64,000 bases of DNA from positions 864,001 through 928,000 of the forward strand of contig CBDCUI010000008.1 in NCBI GenBank assembly GCA_965222615.1, written 5' to 3'. The notes under the pieces are model-generated. The model was not told the DNA's origin. It worked only from the letters and a program-made list of their open reading frames with translations, and made no database searches. The DNA comes from Gammaproteobacteria bacterium. Lineage in GTDB: Bacteria; Pseudomonadota; Gammaproteobacteria; UBA4575. Position 1 is the stretch's first letter. Each line of letters starts with the position of its first letter. Of this stretch, positions 31,148-42,153 are shown piece after piece. Both the position numbers and the translations under genes were made by a program.

Positions 31148-32510
31148 TATGATTCATGCTACACAATATTTAGCGCACCGGAAACAACATTGGATTGATG
31201 CTATCAATACAATACAAGAATCATTATCTCCTTTTGATTATATCGTTGAAGGAAGGCTTACTCGGTTAGTGGGTTTGACTATGGAGGCAGAGGGTTGTCA
31301 GGTAAATGTTGGTGGTCGTTGTTTGATTATGTCTCCGGATAACAGACAACTTGAAGCTGAGGTTGTAGGTTTCTCTGGAAGTAAGAGTTATTTAATGCCA
31401 ATTGGAAGTATGCATGGCGCTGTTCTCGGGGCCCGTGTAATTCCAACACAGGACAATCATAAGTTACCAGTTGGCTCAGAGTTACTGGGACGTGTAATCG
31501 ATGGGGCCTGTCAGGCCTTGGATAATAAGGGTGCGATAAAGACTAGTGAAATTCGAAGCTTAGAAGGTAGAGTAATTAATCCATTTGAGCGTAAACCTAT
31601 TCAAACACCTCTTGATGTTGGTGTGAAGTCAATAAATGGTTTGTTCAGTATAGGTACTGGGCAACGCATGGGTTTATTTGCCGGAAGTGGTGTTGGAAAA
31701 AGCATGCTGTTAGGCATGATGACAAAATACACATCAGCTGATGTAACAGTAGTTGCATTGATAGGTGAACGTGGTAGAGAAGTGAAAGAATTTATTGATC
31801 AAATTCTTGGTAAAGACGGCCTAGCTAATACAGTAGTGGTGGCTGCCCCTGCAGATTGCTCGCCTTTGCAACGGGTCCATGCAGCAATGTATGCAACAAC
31901 TATTTCAGAATATTTCCGTGACAATGGTAAACATGTTTTATTATTGATGGATTCGTTGACAAGAGTTGCGCAATCACATAGAGAGATAGCTCTAGCAGTA
32001 GGAGAACCACCGGCCACAAAAGGCTACCCACCATCAGTGTTTGCAAAATTGCCTGCACTTGTAGAACGAGCAGGAAATTCGAATGCGCGAGGGGGATCCA
32101 TCACTGCATTTTATACAGTGCTGGTAGAAGGAGATGATCATAATGATCCGATTGCAGATGCAACAAGAGCTATTCTTGACGGACATATTACTTTATCAAG
32201 AACTTTGGCGGAAGCAGGCCATTTTCCTGCAATTGATGTTGAAGCATCTGTAAGCAGGCTGGTACAGGCTGTATGTAAAGCTGATCAGATTAAAATGGCG
32301 CAAAGGTTTAGAGAAATATATTCTCGTTATAAAAAGCATGAAGATATGATCAACCTCGGAGTTTATCAGGAAGGTACTGATCAAAGTATTGATGAAGCAA
32401 TACAAATATTTCCTAAGCTAAATAAATTTTTAAGACAAGATATCGGTGAATCCTATGACTTTGAAGAGTCTATTAATGAGATGTCAAATTCAATGCTACT
32501 TGATTCATAA
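31140..32510 (+). CDS. fliI: Flagellar export ATPase FliI
   Basis: AGSGVGKS; IGERGREV; GEPPATKGYPPS. Confidence 0.96.
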   Translation: MVNMIHATQYLAHRKQHWIDAINTIQESLSPFDYIVEGRLTRLVGLTMEAEGCQVNVGGRCLIMSPDNRQLEAEVVGFSGSKSYLMPIGSMHGAVLGARVIPTQDNHKLPVGSELLGRVIDGACQALDNKGAIKTSEIRSLEGRVINPFERKPIQTPLDVGVKSINGLFSIGTGQRMGLFAGSGVGKSMLLGMMTKYTSADVTVVALIGERGREVKEFIDQILGKDGLANTVVVAAPADCSPLQRVHAAMYATTISEYFRDNGKHVLLLMDSLTRVAQSHREIALAVGEPPATKGYPPSVFAKLPALVERAGNSNARGGSITAFYTVLVEGDDHNDPIADATRAILDGHITLSRTLAEAGHFPAIDVEASVSRLVQAVCKADQIKMAQRFREIYSRYKKHEDMINLGVYQEGTDQSIDEAIQIFPKLNKFLRQDIGESYDFEESINEMSNSMLLDS

Positions 32511-32537
32511 ATAAATATAAACCTTAAATAGATTGTT

Positions 32538-32966
32538 ATGACACGTTCAGAAAAATTAAATTCTGCTTTAGACCTTTTGGAGTTTAAGCTAAATAAAGAA
32601 TTATCAGATCTTGTGGAAATTATGCAGAAAAAGATCGAGAATGAAAAAAAGCTTACAGACTTAATTAACTATAAAAAAATCTATTCGCTGGACAATAATC
32701 GCAAAAACCAAACTATTGATAGCATACAGCTAAACCATAAGCTAATGAATAAAATACAAATAGCAATAGATACGCAGTATGATCTTGTTGAAAAAATGAA
32801 TAATACAGTTAATGAAAAAATTGAATTATTAAAAAAAGATAGAGCACAAACAAAGGCCCTTGAGTTACTAATTGATCGATATCAAAAACAAGAGATTCAG
32901 GCAAAAAATAGGCATGAACAAGAGGAGCTCGATGGCCAAATTCTTGTAAATTTAAAACACCAGTAA
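32538..32966 (+). CDS. fliJ: FliJ
   Basis: Coiled-coil after fliI; RHEQEELD. Confidence 0.8.
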   Translation: MTRSEKLNSALDLLEFKLNKELSDLVEIMQKKIENEKKLTDLINYKKIYSLDNNRKNQTIDSIQLNHKLMNKIQIAIDTQYDLVEKMNNTVNEKIELLKKDRAQTKALELLIDRYQKQEIQAKNRHEQEELDGQILVNLKHQ

Positions 32967-32987
32967 ACATCACAGCTCTACAATAAT

Positions 32988-33003
32988 TGGCCTAAAATGT
33001 GCA
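32988..33003 (+). promoter_or_regulatory. Sigma54 promoter of fliK
   Basis: TGGCCTAAAATGTGCA (GG-N10-GC). Confidence 0.65.
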
Positions 33004-33033
33004 TATAGTCTAGTAACAGAAATATTACTAGCT

Positions 33034-34401
33034 ATGTCTGATATACCCTTATTATCAGCTGCTACGGCTTTACCGGCAGCTTTTCTTCAGCCTATACAAG
33101 AAACACCGATATCTTGTGAAAATTGTGTGGCTGCATATGAAAATGGTCTTAATTTAGACGCAAAAAGTAGTTTTTTTGAGTACTTCAGTATTTCGCTAGA
33201 TCAACTTGTACGACAAGAAAGCGGCAAACTATTGCCGAAAGTTGGCGATATTTTTCCGCAGACACTTTTACAACTAAAATCAGACAAGTTGCAGCCTCTT
33301 TTGAAAGAGGCTCCTGATAATTATACCTCTATTGAAAGTGGCTTAGAACAAATACATCAGAAACTCGATGCTGAATTAAGATTAGGGTTATATGATTTAT
33401 TGCAACCGATAAGTAGTTTTGCAGCAAGCAATTTAAATACATTACAAAATACCTTAGATATCGAAACACAGTTAGCAGATTTAGCAACTGACAGTAAAGG
33501 AATTTTGTACAAAGATGTTGACGAGTCAAATTATTATTATCTGCTTCCCCAACAAGGTATAAATACACAGCAACAAATATTAGATGATATTACACTTGAT
33601 GAATCTATAGATTTGCAGAAAACTCCGTCGGCATTAGACAATTCGTTTGGATTGAATCAGAAAACAAGATATCAGTTTCAAGATAAAGTTATTAGTAGTA
33701 ATGAAATTCAAGAAAAGTTATTAAAAGAAGACTACTTTGATCAAGCTGTAGAAGAAAACATCGATTTTGAGCTATTTTCTCAGAAACAATCTATCAATAA
33801 AGAAACAACATATTCAGCTTTATCTACTTATAAGACAAGCCCAAACTCTCAATATATAAATCCAATTTTACCACATGATTCAAATCAACGAGTTAGCATG
33901 GCTAATCCGACATCGTCGACTCATGATTTAGCATCATCAATACTAAAGCAAAATATTCATGATAATTTTGAGCTTATTAATCAAAATAATGAACAATCGT
34001 TAAATCAAAATATTAAATGGTTAATCAACAACAAAATACAAAACGCAAAGATTAATCTATATCCTGAGTCCTTGGGACACATAAATGTATCACTTAGCCT
34101 AGATGATACAAAGCTAACAATCAATTTCATAGCTAGCAATATTACTGCTAGAGAAGTAATTGAAACAAATTTGTCTAATTTGAGGGAGCAGCTTAATGAA
34201 AGTGGAATTGATTTAAAAGAAGCGACAGTTAGCGATTATTTTTTAAGTGATGATAACTACGCGCAAAATCCAGAGGATAATTTTCTTGATTCAGAAAAGT
34301 CTACAGATATAGCTTCGTTGGTCAATATTGAAGACGTAAGTGGTCATGAAGATATTAAACGTGAGTTACATACGTCTTACCTTGTTGATGCATACGTGTA
34401 A
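33034..34401 (+). CDS. fliK: Hook-length control protein FliK
   Basis: AKINLYPESLGHINV...LREQL T3S4 domain; ends LVDAYV. Confidence 0.88.
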   Translation: MSDIPLLSAATALPAAFLQPIQETPISCENCVAAYENGLNLDAKSSFFEYFSISLDQLVRQESGKLLPKVGDIFPQTLLQLKSDKLQPLLKEAPDNYTSIESGLEQIHQKLDAELRLGLYDLLQPISSFAASNLNTLQNTLDIETQLADLATDSKGILYKDVDESNYYYLLPQQGINTQQQILDDITLDESIDLQKTPSALDNSFGLNQKTRYQFQDKVISSNEIQEKLLKEDYFDQAVEENIDFELFSQKQSINKETTYSALSTYKTSPNSQYINPILPHDSNQRVSMANPTSSTHDLASSILKQNIHDNFELINQNNEQSLNQNIKWLINNKIQNAKINLYPESLGHINVSLSLDDTKLTINFIASNITAREVIETNLSNLREQLNESGIDLKEATVSDYFLSDDNYAQNPEDNFLDSEKSTDIASLVNIEDVSGHEDIKRELHTSYLVDAYV

Positions 34402-34434
34402 TTGCCTACCTATATCATAATTAAAACTTAATGT

Positions 34435-34567
34435 ATCAATTCTTTGACGTTTCACGTCAGACCTCTATTCATTTAGTCAATTTATTGGCATGTGATTTTT
34501 ATAGCATTCCCAAGTGCATGTTTTATAAGAATAAAATGGTAATACAAAATATGGCACGTTGGTTGCA
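34435..34567 (+). promoter_or_regulatory. FleQ-box-like sites and sigma54 promoter of the fliL operon
   Basis: ATCA-N6-TGAC 34435-34448; GTCA-N6-TGGC 34476-34489; TGGCACGTTGGTTGCA 34552-34567. Confidence 0.75.
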
Positions 34568-34611
34568 ATACATTTTATAGAACGTCAAAAGATAACCATA
34601 GAGGGTTGCAA

Positions 34612-35073
34612 ATGAAAAAAATTATTATTTTTGCAGTTGTGGGATTGGTATTAGTTGCAGGTGGGATAGGTGGAGCATTATTTTTCTTGAAATCTCCAGA
34701 ACCTTCTGAAGAAGAAAAAATGGCAGAAGAAGAAATGATGGAGCCAGGTATCAAGGATGCTATTTATGAGGACATTCATCCAGCATTTACAGTGAATTTT
34801 ATTGATGGGTCTAAGAAGAAATTTATGCAAATTTATATGGTTGCAATGTTTTATGACATGGACTCAAGAGACGCATTTAAAATGCATATTCCTGTTATTA
34901 GAAACAACATACTTTTGTTACTAAGTGGCAAAAAAAGTGATGATCTTGAATCAGCTGATGCCAAAGAACAAATGCGAAAAGATGTTTTACAAGAAACACA
35001 GAAAGTAATGCAAGAACGCTATGGAGAAAATATAGTCGAGGATATTTTCTTCACTAAATTGGTAATGCAGTAA
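34612..35073 (+). CDS. fliL: FliL
   Basis: N-terminal TM; FTVNF; PVIRN; DIFFTKLVMQ; ATG 34612 behind GAGGG. Confidence 0.92.
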   Translation: MKKIIIFAVVGLVLVAGGIGGALFFLKSPEPSEEEKMAEEEMMEPGIKDAIYEDIHPAFTVNFIDGSKKKFMQIYMVAMFYDMDSRDAFKMHIPVIRNNILLLLSGKKSDDLESADAKEQMRKDVLQETQKVMQERYGENIVEDIFFTKLVMQ

Positions 35074-35108
35074 AATTATATAGTGTGAATAATAAGTAGA
35101 AATAACTG

Positions 35109-36221
35109 ATGGCATCCACGAATCCAAAAGAAAAACAAGAAGAACAAAAGGTTGATGAACCTGCAGAAGAAATAACGGCTGAAAGTGATTCTAATACAAG
35201 TAATGAAGAATGGGATGGTAAGGAAAGAAGGTCAGCCGATCGACCTTGGGGCGATAGGGACAGCCAAGAACAAATATTAAGCAGTGAAGAACGAGAAGCA
35301 TTATCGGGTGATATTGAAGAATTAAGTGATTCTGCTGGCGTTTCAAGTTACGACTTCTATTCACCTGCCCACATAAATATATCAAATTTTCCAGCATTAG
35401 CGGTTATTAATGAAAGAGTTGTTGATGTGCTGGAAAGTAAACTTAGTGATTTATTTCAGCGTGATATAGAAGTTGCTGCCGATCAAATAGATATATCTAA
35501 ATATGGCGAATTTATAAGTTCGCTACCTAATTTAGTAGACGTAAATCAAATAAAAGTTACTAATGTTGAGGCAGTTGCGTTGTTAAGTGTTGATGGAGCT
35601 TTGATCGAAGTGTTAATGGATGCATATTTTGGTGGTGAGGGGAAATTATATGATGCAGTTGAAAAAGATACCTTAACACCTGCTGAACAAAATCTCAGCA
35701 ACAAGTTAATAGATTTATTTATAGATTCAAATAGACAAGCATGGCAGAAAGTGGAACAACTAGACTTTGAGATTATACAAAGAGAAGCACAACCAAGACT
35801 TATAAATTTAATCGAAGACTCTGAATTAATTGTTGTATGCAAATTTAGAATAACACTGGGGGAAGAATCAAGTTTCATTAGAATTGCATATCCTTATAAG
35901 TCGCTAGAACCCCTAAAAAATGTATTGAGAAGCGTGGTATCTGAACAGAATGAAGAAAGTAACGCGCAGTGGAAAAATCAAATATTTAATAGTCTGAAAG
36001 CCGTGCCAATAGAATTGAATACTGTACTCGCAGAGTTTGATTTATCTGTGGGTCAAGTTACTAAATTAAAAAAAGGTGATGTTATTCCTTTTATTATGCC
36101 CGAATCAGTTACTGTCTATTCATCTTCTACACCCATATTTAAAGGAAAAGTTGGTGCCATAAATGATGCAGTAGCAATCAGGATAGATAAGTGGATAAAC
36201 AGACCGGACATTAAAAAATAA
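35109..36221 (+). CDS. fliM: Motor switch FliM with ~55-aa N-terminal extension
   Basis: SYDF, INER, YFGGEG, C-terminal SpoA domain (LKKGDVIP). Confidence 0.92.
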   Translation: MASTNPKEKQEEQKVDEPAEEITAESDSNTSNEEWDGKERRSADRPWGDRDSQEQILSSEEREALSGDIEELSDSAGVSSYDFYSPAHINISNFPALAVINERVVDVLESKLSDLFQRDIEVAADQIDISKYGEFISSLPNLVDVNQIKVTNVEAVALLSVDGALIEVLMDAYFGGEGKLYDAVEKDTLTPAEQNLSNKLIDLFIDSNRQAWQKVEQLDFEIIQREAQPRLINLIEDSELIVVCKFRITLGEESSFIRIAYPYKSLEPLKNVLRSVVSEQNEESNAQWKNQIFNSLKAVPIELNTVLAEFDLSVGQVTKLKKGDVIPFIMPESVTVYSSSTPIFKGKVGAINDAVAIRIDKWINRPDIKK

Positions 36222-36236
36222 ATATAGGTAAATCTT

Positions 36237-36596
36237 ATGGTTGAACAAACGACTAATCCAGATGTAACTGACTCAGAAAATAACGGAAGTGATAGCAGTG
36301 TTACTACAAACACAGTGCAAGGAACAAACAATTTAGACGTTGTTCTGAATATTCCAGTTGATGTCTCATTAGAGCTTGGTCGAGCAAGTGTAGATTTAAA
36401 AAACTTAATTGATTTGAGTCAGGGTTCAGTAATTGAATTAAACCGATTGGTTGATGAACCAGTAGATGTTTTAGTTAATGGTTGTCTAGTAGCTAAGGCT
36501 GAGGTTGTGGTAGTTGAAAATAAATTTGGTGCTCGAATAACTGATATTGTAAGCCCAGAAAAGCGTGTAGAAAAACTCAAAAATAATGAAAGTTAA
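36237..36596 (+). CDS. fliN: Motor switch FliN
   Basis: LDVVLNIPVDVSLELG; GSVIEL; EVVVVENKFGARITDIVSP. Confidence 0.95.
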   Translation: MVEQTTNPDVTDSENNGSDSSVTTNTVQGTNNLDVVLNIPVDVSLELGRASVDLKNLIDLSQGSVIELNRLVDEPVDVLVNGCLVAKAEVVVVENKFGARITDIVSPEKRVEKLKNNES

Positions 36597-37047
36597 AAAA
36601 TATATTTTTTGGTTGACCGTATTAGTCACCTTCACAGCTTTTGCATCAATAGCAAACGCTGAAGAAAACGTTTTAGGTAATGGTGTTACTGATACTTCAT
36701 TTAGCAATCACATAATTGATTATGGTCGTGTTATTTATGGGACGCTTATAGTTTTTATTATTTTAGGCATTTTAATATTTCTAGCAAAAAAAACACGTAT
36801 TAATAGTTCTGGAAAGTATGATCTGATTGAAGTAGTAAATAGTCATGCAATATCAACTAAGGATAAATTATTGGTTATACGTGCAGGTCAGGAATATTTG
36901 CTAATAGGGGTATCAAATGCTGGCATGAATAAACTGCATACACTAAGTATGAACGAAATAGAACAGAATATTTGTAAATATAAATCGCAAACTAAAAACT
37001 TTTCAAGTATTTACGCTACAACTATAGGCAAGATACGCAATGCTTAA
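36586..37047 (+). CDS. fliO: FliO
   Basis: TM; [19 protein letters not shown]; between fliN and fliP. Confidence 0.85.
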   Translation: MKVKKYIFWLTVLVTFTAFASIANAEENVLGNGVTDTSFSNHIIDYGRVIYGTLIVFIILGILIFLAKKTRINSSGKYDLIEVVNSHAISTKDKLLVIRAGQEYLLIGVSNAGMNKLHTLSMNEIEQNICKYKSQTKNFSSIYATTIGKIRNA

Positions 37048-37780
37048 AAAATATCTATTTCTACTATTATTTCTTGTAAGTCCTGATTTATTTGCTCAAG
37101 CTGGATTTCCAGCCTTGACTATTGAATCAACCCAAACTGGTGGTCAAGCGTACTCATTAAGCTTACAAGTACTGCTATTAATGACAGCTATTACAGTTTT
37201 ACCTGGACTATTGCTCACGATGACATCATTTACTCGAATTATCATTGTGCTAGCAATTTTGAGACAAGCATTAGGTACAGCACAAACTCCTTCTAATCAA
37301 ATACTACTTGGGTTGGCGCTGTTCATTACATTCTTTGTTATGGCTCCAGTGATAACGGAGACATACACGGATGCAGTTAAACCATATATGAATGAGGAAA
37401 TGGATGCACAGGCTGCAATTAACCATGCCATAGAACCATTTAAGGAATTTATGATTTCTCAAACGCGTGAAACAGATGTGGCATTATTTTCAGAATTATC
37501 AGGTAACACCGAAATTGAAATACCTGAGGAGATATCTTTATCTGTTTTATTGCCTGCATTTGTAACGAGCGAGTTAAAAACCGCGTTTCAAATTGGTTTT
37601 ATTTTGTTTATTCCTTTTTTAATTATAGATTTGGTTGTTGCTAGTGTGCTTATGTCAATGGGTATGATGATGTTGTCACCATTGATAATATCTTTACCAT
37701 TTAAATTGATGTTGTTTGTTTTAGTGGATGGTTGGTCATTAGTGCTTGGTATGCTTGCATCAAGTTTCTACATAAGTTGA
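37040..37780 (+). CDS. fliP: Export gate FliP
   Basis: [11 protein letters not shown]; [10 protein letters not shown]; [15 protein letters not shown]. Confidence 0.96.
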   Translation: MLKKYLFLLLFLVSPDLFAQAGFPALTIESTQTGGQAYSLSLQVLLLMTAITVLPGLLLTMTSFTRIIIVLAILRQALGTAQTPSNQILLGLALFITFFVMAPVITETYTDAVKPYMNEEMDAQAAINHAIEPFKEFMISQTRETDVALFSELSGNTEIEIPEEISLSVLLPAFVTSELKTAFQIGFILFIPFLIIDLVVASVLMSMGMMMLSPLIISLPFKLMLFVLVDGWSLVLGMLASSFYIS

Positions 37781-37791
37781 CGAAGGGCGAT

Positions 37792-38061
37792 ATGACGCCA
37801 GAAGCCACCATCACGCTGTTAAATAACGCACTATGGATTACAGTAATGGTAGCAGCGCCTATTCTAATTTCTGTATTAGTAATTGGTGTAATTATTGGAA
37901 TGTTGCAAGCAGCTACACAAATAAACGAAATGACACTTAGCTTTATTCCAAAGCTTGTAATTCTATTTGTTGTACTTCTTATTGCAGGACCTTGGATTTT
38001 AAATACTTTGGTTAATTATACTACTACGTTATTTTCAAATATACCAGGCTTCCTTATATAG
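37792..38061 (+). CDS. fliQ: Export gate FliQ
   Basis: QAATQINEMTLSFIPK; ATG 37792 (track start 37732). Confidence 0.95.
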   Translation: MTPEATITLLNNALWITVMVAAPILISVLVIGVIIGMLQAATQINEMTLSFIPKLVILFVVLLIAGPWILNTLVNYTTTLFSNIPGFLI

Positions 38062-38065
38062 AATT

Positions 38066-38833
38066 ATGGTTTTACAAATACAAGCGATATTTGCAAGTAT
38101 CAGTGAGTTTATTTTTCCATTTACGCGCATTGCTGCATTATTTAGTGTTGCACCAGTTATAAGTAGTCCATTTATTCCACTAAGAATAAAAGTTGCGATT
38201 GCATTTGTTCTTACAATATTCATACTGCCACTTCAAGAGACCGCCTCTTCACTAGATATTTTTACCGCTAATGGCTTATTACAGATTGGTATTCAGCTGT
38301 TAATAGGATTATCAATGGGGTTCATACTACGTTTAGTATTTAATGCGCTTACTATTGCTGGTGAAAATATAGCTGTCACAATGGGCCTGGGTTTTGCGCA
38401 AATAACAGATCCAGTAAATGGTGTAACTGTGCCTATTATTAGCCAATTTTTAACTATTGTAGCTACATTACTGTTTTTATCATTTGATGGGCACTTAGCG
38501 TTGATAAATATGGTATTCAATAGTTTTATTTATATACCAGTTGGTAGCTCAATATTTCAGTTGAACGCAATTTGGAATGTAGCGGCATGGGCAACAAATA
38601 TGTTTTCAGGTGCGCTCATGGTAGCTATACCTGCTGTAACCGCGCTGTTGATTGCTAACTCAGCTTTGGCATTAATGACTCGCGCAGCTCCACAATTAAA
38701 TGTTTTCTCCGTAGGTTTTCCGATAACCATATTATTAGGATTGACCGCAGTTGCACTAATTCTTCCTAATGTATCTGTTGTGTTTCAAAATTTAATATCT
38801 TCAGCATTTGATCAGATGCCATTTATATACTAA
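38066..38833 (+). CDS. fliR: Export gate FliR
   Basis: MGLGFAQITDP; DGH; RAAPQLNVFSVGFP. Confidence 0.95.
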   Translation: MVLQIQAIFASISEFIFPFTRIAALFSVAPVISSPFIPLRIKVAIAFVLTIFILPLQETASSLDIFTANGLLQIGIQLLIGLSMGFILRLVFNALTIAGENIAVTMGLGFAQITDPVNGVTVPIISQFLTIVATLLFLSFDGHLALINMVFNSFIYIPVGSSIFQLNAIWNVAAWATNMFSGALMVAIPAVTALLIANSALALMTRAAPQLNVFSVGFPITILLGLTAVALILPNVSVVFQNLISSAFDQMPFIY

Positions 38834-38848
38834 AAGAGATTAGAAAAA

Positions 38849-39976
38849 ATGGCAGAACAAAGTAATCAACAAGAACGTACTCAGGAACCTACGCAGAAAA
38901 GACTACAAGATGCACGTGAAAAAGGGCAAATACCTCGATCACGTGAGTTAAATACAATGTTGGTAACTTTTACTGGTGCATGTGGCCTCATATTTATGAG
39001 TAATCCCATTTCAAATACACTACAAGAAATATTTTTACAAAATTATCAGCTTACGTTACCTGTAGTTCTTGATAAGAACTATATCCTTAAATATTTTTCA
39101 TTAAGCAGTAGTTCAGCATTATTAACACTGGCTCCGTTTTTCACATTAATGTTTATTATTGCATTGTTTGGACCTATGTCTATTGGTGGCATGTCTATTT
39201 CTATGAATGCTATGTCATTTAAATTTAGTCGACTAAGCCCCATTGCAGGTTTAAAACGCATGTTTGGATTGCGTGGTTTAGTGGAGCTTGTCAAGTCGCT
39301 AGCAAAAGTCGCATTAATAGGCTCTATTGTTCTGATTCTATTAAAACTATTTATGTTTGATATTTTGGGCACAGGTCTTGAGCCAGTTAATAATAGCGTT
39401 GAACATGCATACAGGTTAATTTTATTAATTTTTACAATTTCATCTGCAGGCTTAATAGCAATTGCGGTTATTGATGTCCCTTATCAAATTTGGCAACACC
39501 ATCGACAATTGCGAATGACACTACAAGAAGTAAAAGACGAAATGAAACAAACTGAGGGAAATCCCGAGAACAAGGGTAGGTTGCGGAATTTACAAAGAGA
39601 ACTTGCACAAAAAAGGATGATGGAAGCAATACCTGATGCGGATGTAATCGTTACAAATCCGACCCATTTTGCCGTAGCATTAAAATATGATGTTGAAAAA
39701 AGTAATGCACCGATAGTGATTGCAAAAGGTGTAGATTACTTAGCAGAGAAAATAAAGGAAATTGCTGCATATCATAAAGTTAATATTTTTTGTGCACCAG
39801 CGTTGGCACGCGCTATTTATTTTAGTACTGAATTGGATAAGGAGATACCGTCAGGATTATATATTGCAGTTGCAAAAGTTCTTGCATATGTGCATCAATT
39901 AAAGAAAGCAGTACCTGGTCAATATCCAAATCCTCCGACTGAATTCGAAATACCGAGCGAATATCAAACGAGTTAG
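38849..39976 (+). CDS. flhB: FlhB
   Basis: AREKGQIPRSREL; NPTH autocleavage site. Confidence 0.96.
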   Translation: MAEQSNQQERTQEPTQKRLQDAREKGQIPRSRELNTMLVTFTGACGLIFMSNPISNTLQEIFLQNYQLTLPVVLDKNYILKYFSLSSSSALLTLAPFFTLMFIIALFGPMSIGGMSISMNAMSFKFSRLSPIAGLKRMFGLRGLVELVKSLAKVALIGSIVLILLKLFMFDILGTGLEPVNNSVEHAYRLILLIFTISSAGLIAIAVIDVPYQIWQHHRQLRMTLQEVKDEMKQTEGNPENKGRLRNLQRELAQKRMMEAIPDADVIVTNPTHFAVALKYDVEKSNAPIVIAKGVDYLAEKIKEIAAYHKVNIFCAPALARAIYFSTELDKEIPSGLYIAVAKVLAYVHQLKKAVPGQYPNPPTEFEIPSEYQTS

Positions 39977-39991
39977 TGAATAGAAATTAAA

Positions 39992-42106
39992 ATGAATTGG
40001 GATAACTTCTTAATAACTGTTAGGGAACTAGGCAAAAATGGTCTAGGAACGCCGTTATTGCTAGTGGTCATGTTTAGTATGATGATTATCCCATTACCAC
40101 CATTTGCACTAGATACCTTATTTACATTCAATATAGCTTTAGCACTAATTATTATATTAGTAAGCATCTATACTTTGCGTCCTCTTGACTTTGCTGTATT
40201 TCCGACTGTGCTGCTAATTGCAACCATGATGAGGCTCGCTCTTAATGTGGCATCGACACGAGTCGTATTACTGAATGGACATACTGGAACGAGTGCAGCA
40301 GGAAGTGTAATTGAATCTTTTGGTAATTTTGTAGTGGGTGGCAACTATGCCGTTGGCTTTGTAGTGTTTGCAATTTTAGTGATTATTAATTTTGTAGTAG
40401 TGACAAAAGGTGCGGGAAGAGTATCGGAAGTCAGTGCACGTTTTACTCTAGACGCAATGCCCGGCAAACAAATGGCAATAGATGCTGATTTAAATTCAGG
40501 CTTAATTTCACAGGAAGAAGCCCTCAAACGCAGAGAGGATATATCAAGAGAGGCAGATTTTTATGGGTCTATGGATGGTGCAAGTAAGTTTGTCCGTGGT
40601 GATGCAATAGCAGGTATTTTGATAATCCTTATCAATATTATAGGTGGTTTAGCTGTAGGAATAGGTCAGCACAATCTCAGTTTAGAAGTTGCTACTCAGA
40701 ATTATATTTTACTTTCAATTGGTGACGGACTGGTTGCACAAATTCCTTCATTACTATTATCTACTGCAACTGCAATTATTGTTACTCGTGTTTCTGCATC
40801 TCATAACATGGCACAAATTGTAATTAGCCAAATGTTTAATGATAAGCGTGTATTAAGAGTAACAGCAATAATTATTGGAAGTATGGGCTTAATTCCGGGT
40901 ATGCCTAACATTGTATTTTTAAGCTTGGCAATAATTGTTGCAGGCTTGTCATATTGGGTGCCACGAGAGACAGAAATAAGTACTGAATTAGAAAAAGAAG
41001 AAACGGCAGAAGAGACACCTTCAGAAGATCTAGAACTAGGTTGGCATGATATGCATCCCGTAGATGTTATTCGATTGGAAGTGGGATATCGCTTAATTTC
41101 ACTTGTGGATAAGAAACAACAAGGTGAATTAATTGGAAGAATTAAAGGCGTACGTAGGAAGGTTTCGCAAGATCTTGGCTTTTTAATTCAGCCTGTACAT
41201 ATCCGTGACAACTTGGATTTAGCGTCTAACCATTATCGTATTGTTATTCAAGGTGTTATAGAAGGAGAAGGGGAGATTTATATCGATAAAGAGCTGGCTA
41301 TCAATCCTGGTAATGCTAGCGGAAAAATTGATGGAATCAAGACTAAAGATCCCGCTTTTGAAATGGATGCAATATGGATTGAACCAAGTCAAAGAGATCA
41401 AGCCCAGACATTAGGTTACACCGTAGTGGATCCTAGTACTGTCATTGCTACGCATTTAAGTAAAGTCTTGCGTGAAAATGCACACTACTTCTTAGGCTAT
41501 GAAGAAACTAAAAGATTATTAGATAAATTGGCGGAACAATCCCCACAATTAGTTGAAGATTTAGTGCCTAAAATCCTACCAATGAGCACTGTAGTTAAAG
41601 TACTACAGAACTTGTTACAAGAAGGCGTGCCAATCAAAGATATTCGTACAATCGTTGAAACTTTGGCGGATGCTGCGAATAACAGTCAAGATTCTGACAT
41701 TTTAACTGCAATAACTCGAGCAGCTTTGCGTAGAGCAATCGTTCAGGAAATCAATGGGATGCGTAAAGATCTTTCGGTGTTCACACTTTCGCCGAAGTTG
41801 GAACAGTTATTGCAGAAAGCTATACATGAAGGTCCGGAAAGCAATTATGCATTGGAGCCCACATTGGCAAGCCGTATTCAAGAGTCAGTACGCGATTTGG
41901 CACAACAACAAGAGGCTGTTGGGTTGCCGCCGGTATTGCTTGTTACTAATAGTCTAAGGGCAATGCTTTCGAAGTTATTTAGAACAAGTATTAAAAGCTT
42001 ATATGTATTGTCATTTGATGAAATACCCGAAAACAAAATTATAAATGTGGTTGCAAGTATTGGTGAGCAACATGATTCGATGTCAGATTTAGTAACTGCA
42101 GTTTAA
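39992..42106 (+). CDS. flhA: FlhA
   Basis: EVSARFTLDAMPGKQMAIDADL; FYGSMDGASKFVRGDA. Confidence 0.97.
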   Translation: MNWDNFLITVRELGKNGLGTPLLLVVMFSMMIIPLPPFALDTLFTFNIALALIIILVSIYTLRPLDFAVFPTVLLIATMMRLALNVASTRVVLLNGHTGTSAAGSVIESFGNFVVGGNYAVGFVVFAILVIINFVVVTKGAGRVSEVSARFTLDAMPGKQMAIDADLNSGLISQEEALKRREDISREADFYGSMDGASKFVRGDAIAGILIILINIIGGLAVGIGQHNLSLEVATQNYILLSIGDGLVAQIPSLLLSTATAIIVTRVSASHNMAQIVISQMFNDKRVLRVTAIIIGSMGLIPGMPNIVFLSLAIIVAGLSYWVPRETEISTELEKEETAEETPSEDLELGWHDMHPVDVIRLEVGYRLISLVDKKQQGELIGRIKGVRRKVSQDLGFLIQPVHIRDNLDLASNHYRIVIQGVIEGEGEIYIDKELAINPGNASGKIDGIKTKDPAFEMDAIWIEPSQRDQAQTLGYTVVDPSTVIATHLSKVLRENAHYFLGYEETKRLLDKLAEQSPQLVEDLVPKILPMSTVVKVLQNLLQEGVPIKDIRTIVETLADAANNSQDSDILTAITRAALRRAIVQEINGMRKDLSVFTLSPKLEQLLQKAIHEGPESNYALEPTLASRIQESVRDLAQQQEAVGLPPVLLVTNSLRAMLSKLFRTSIKSLYVLSFDEIPENKIINVVASIGEQHDSMSDLVTAV

Positions 42107-42153
42107 TGAGTATATTTAGTGTGTGAATTAGTTAACTTAAGAAAAAAGTAAGA

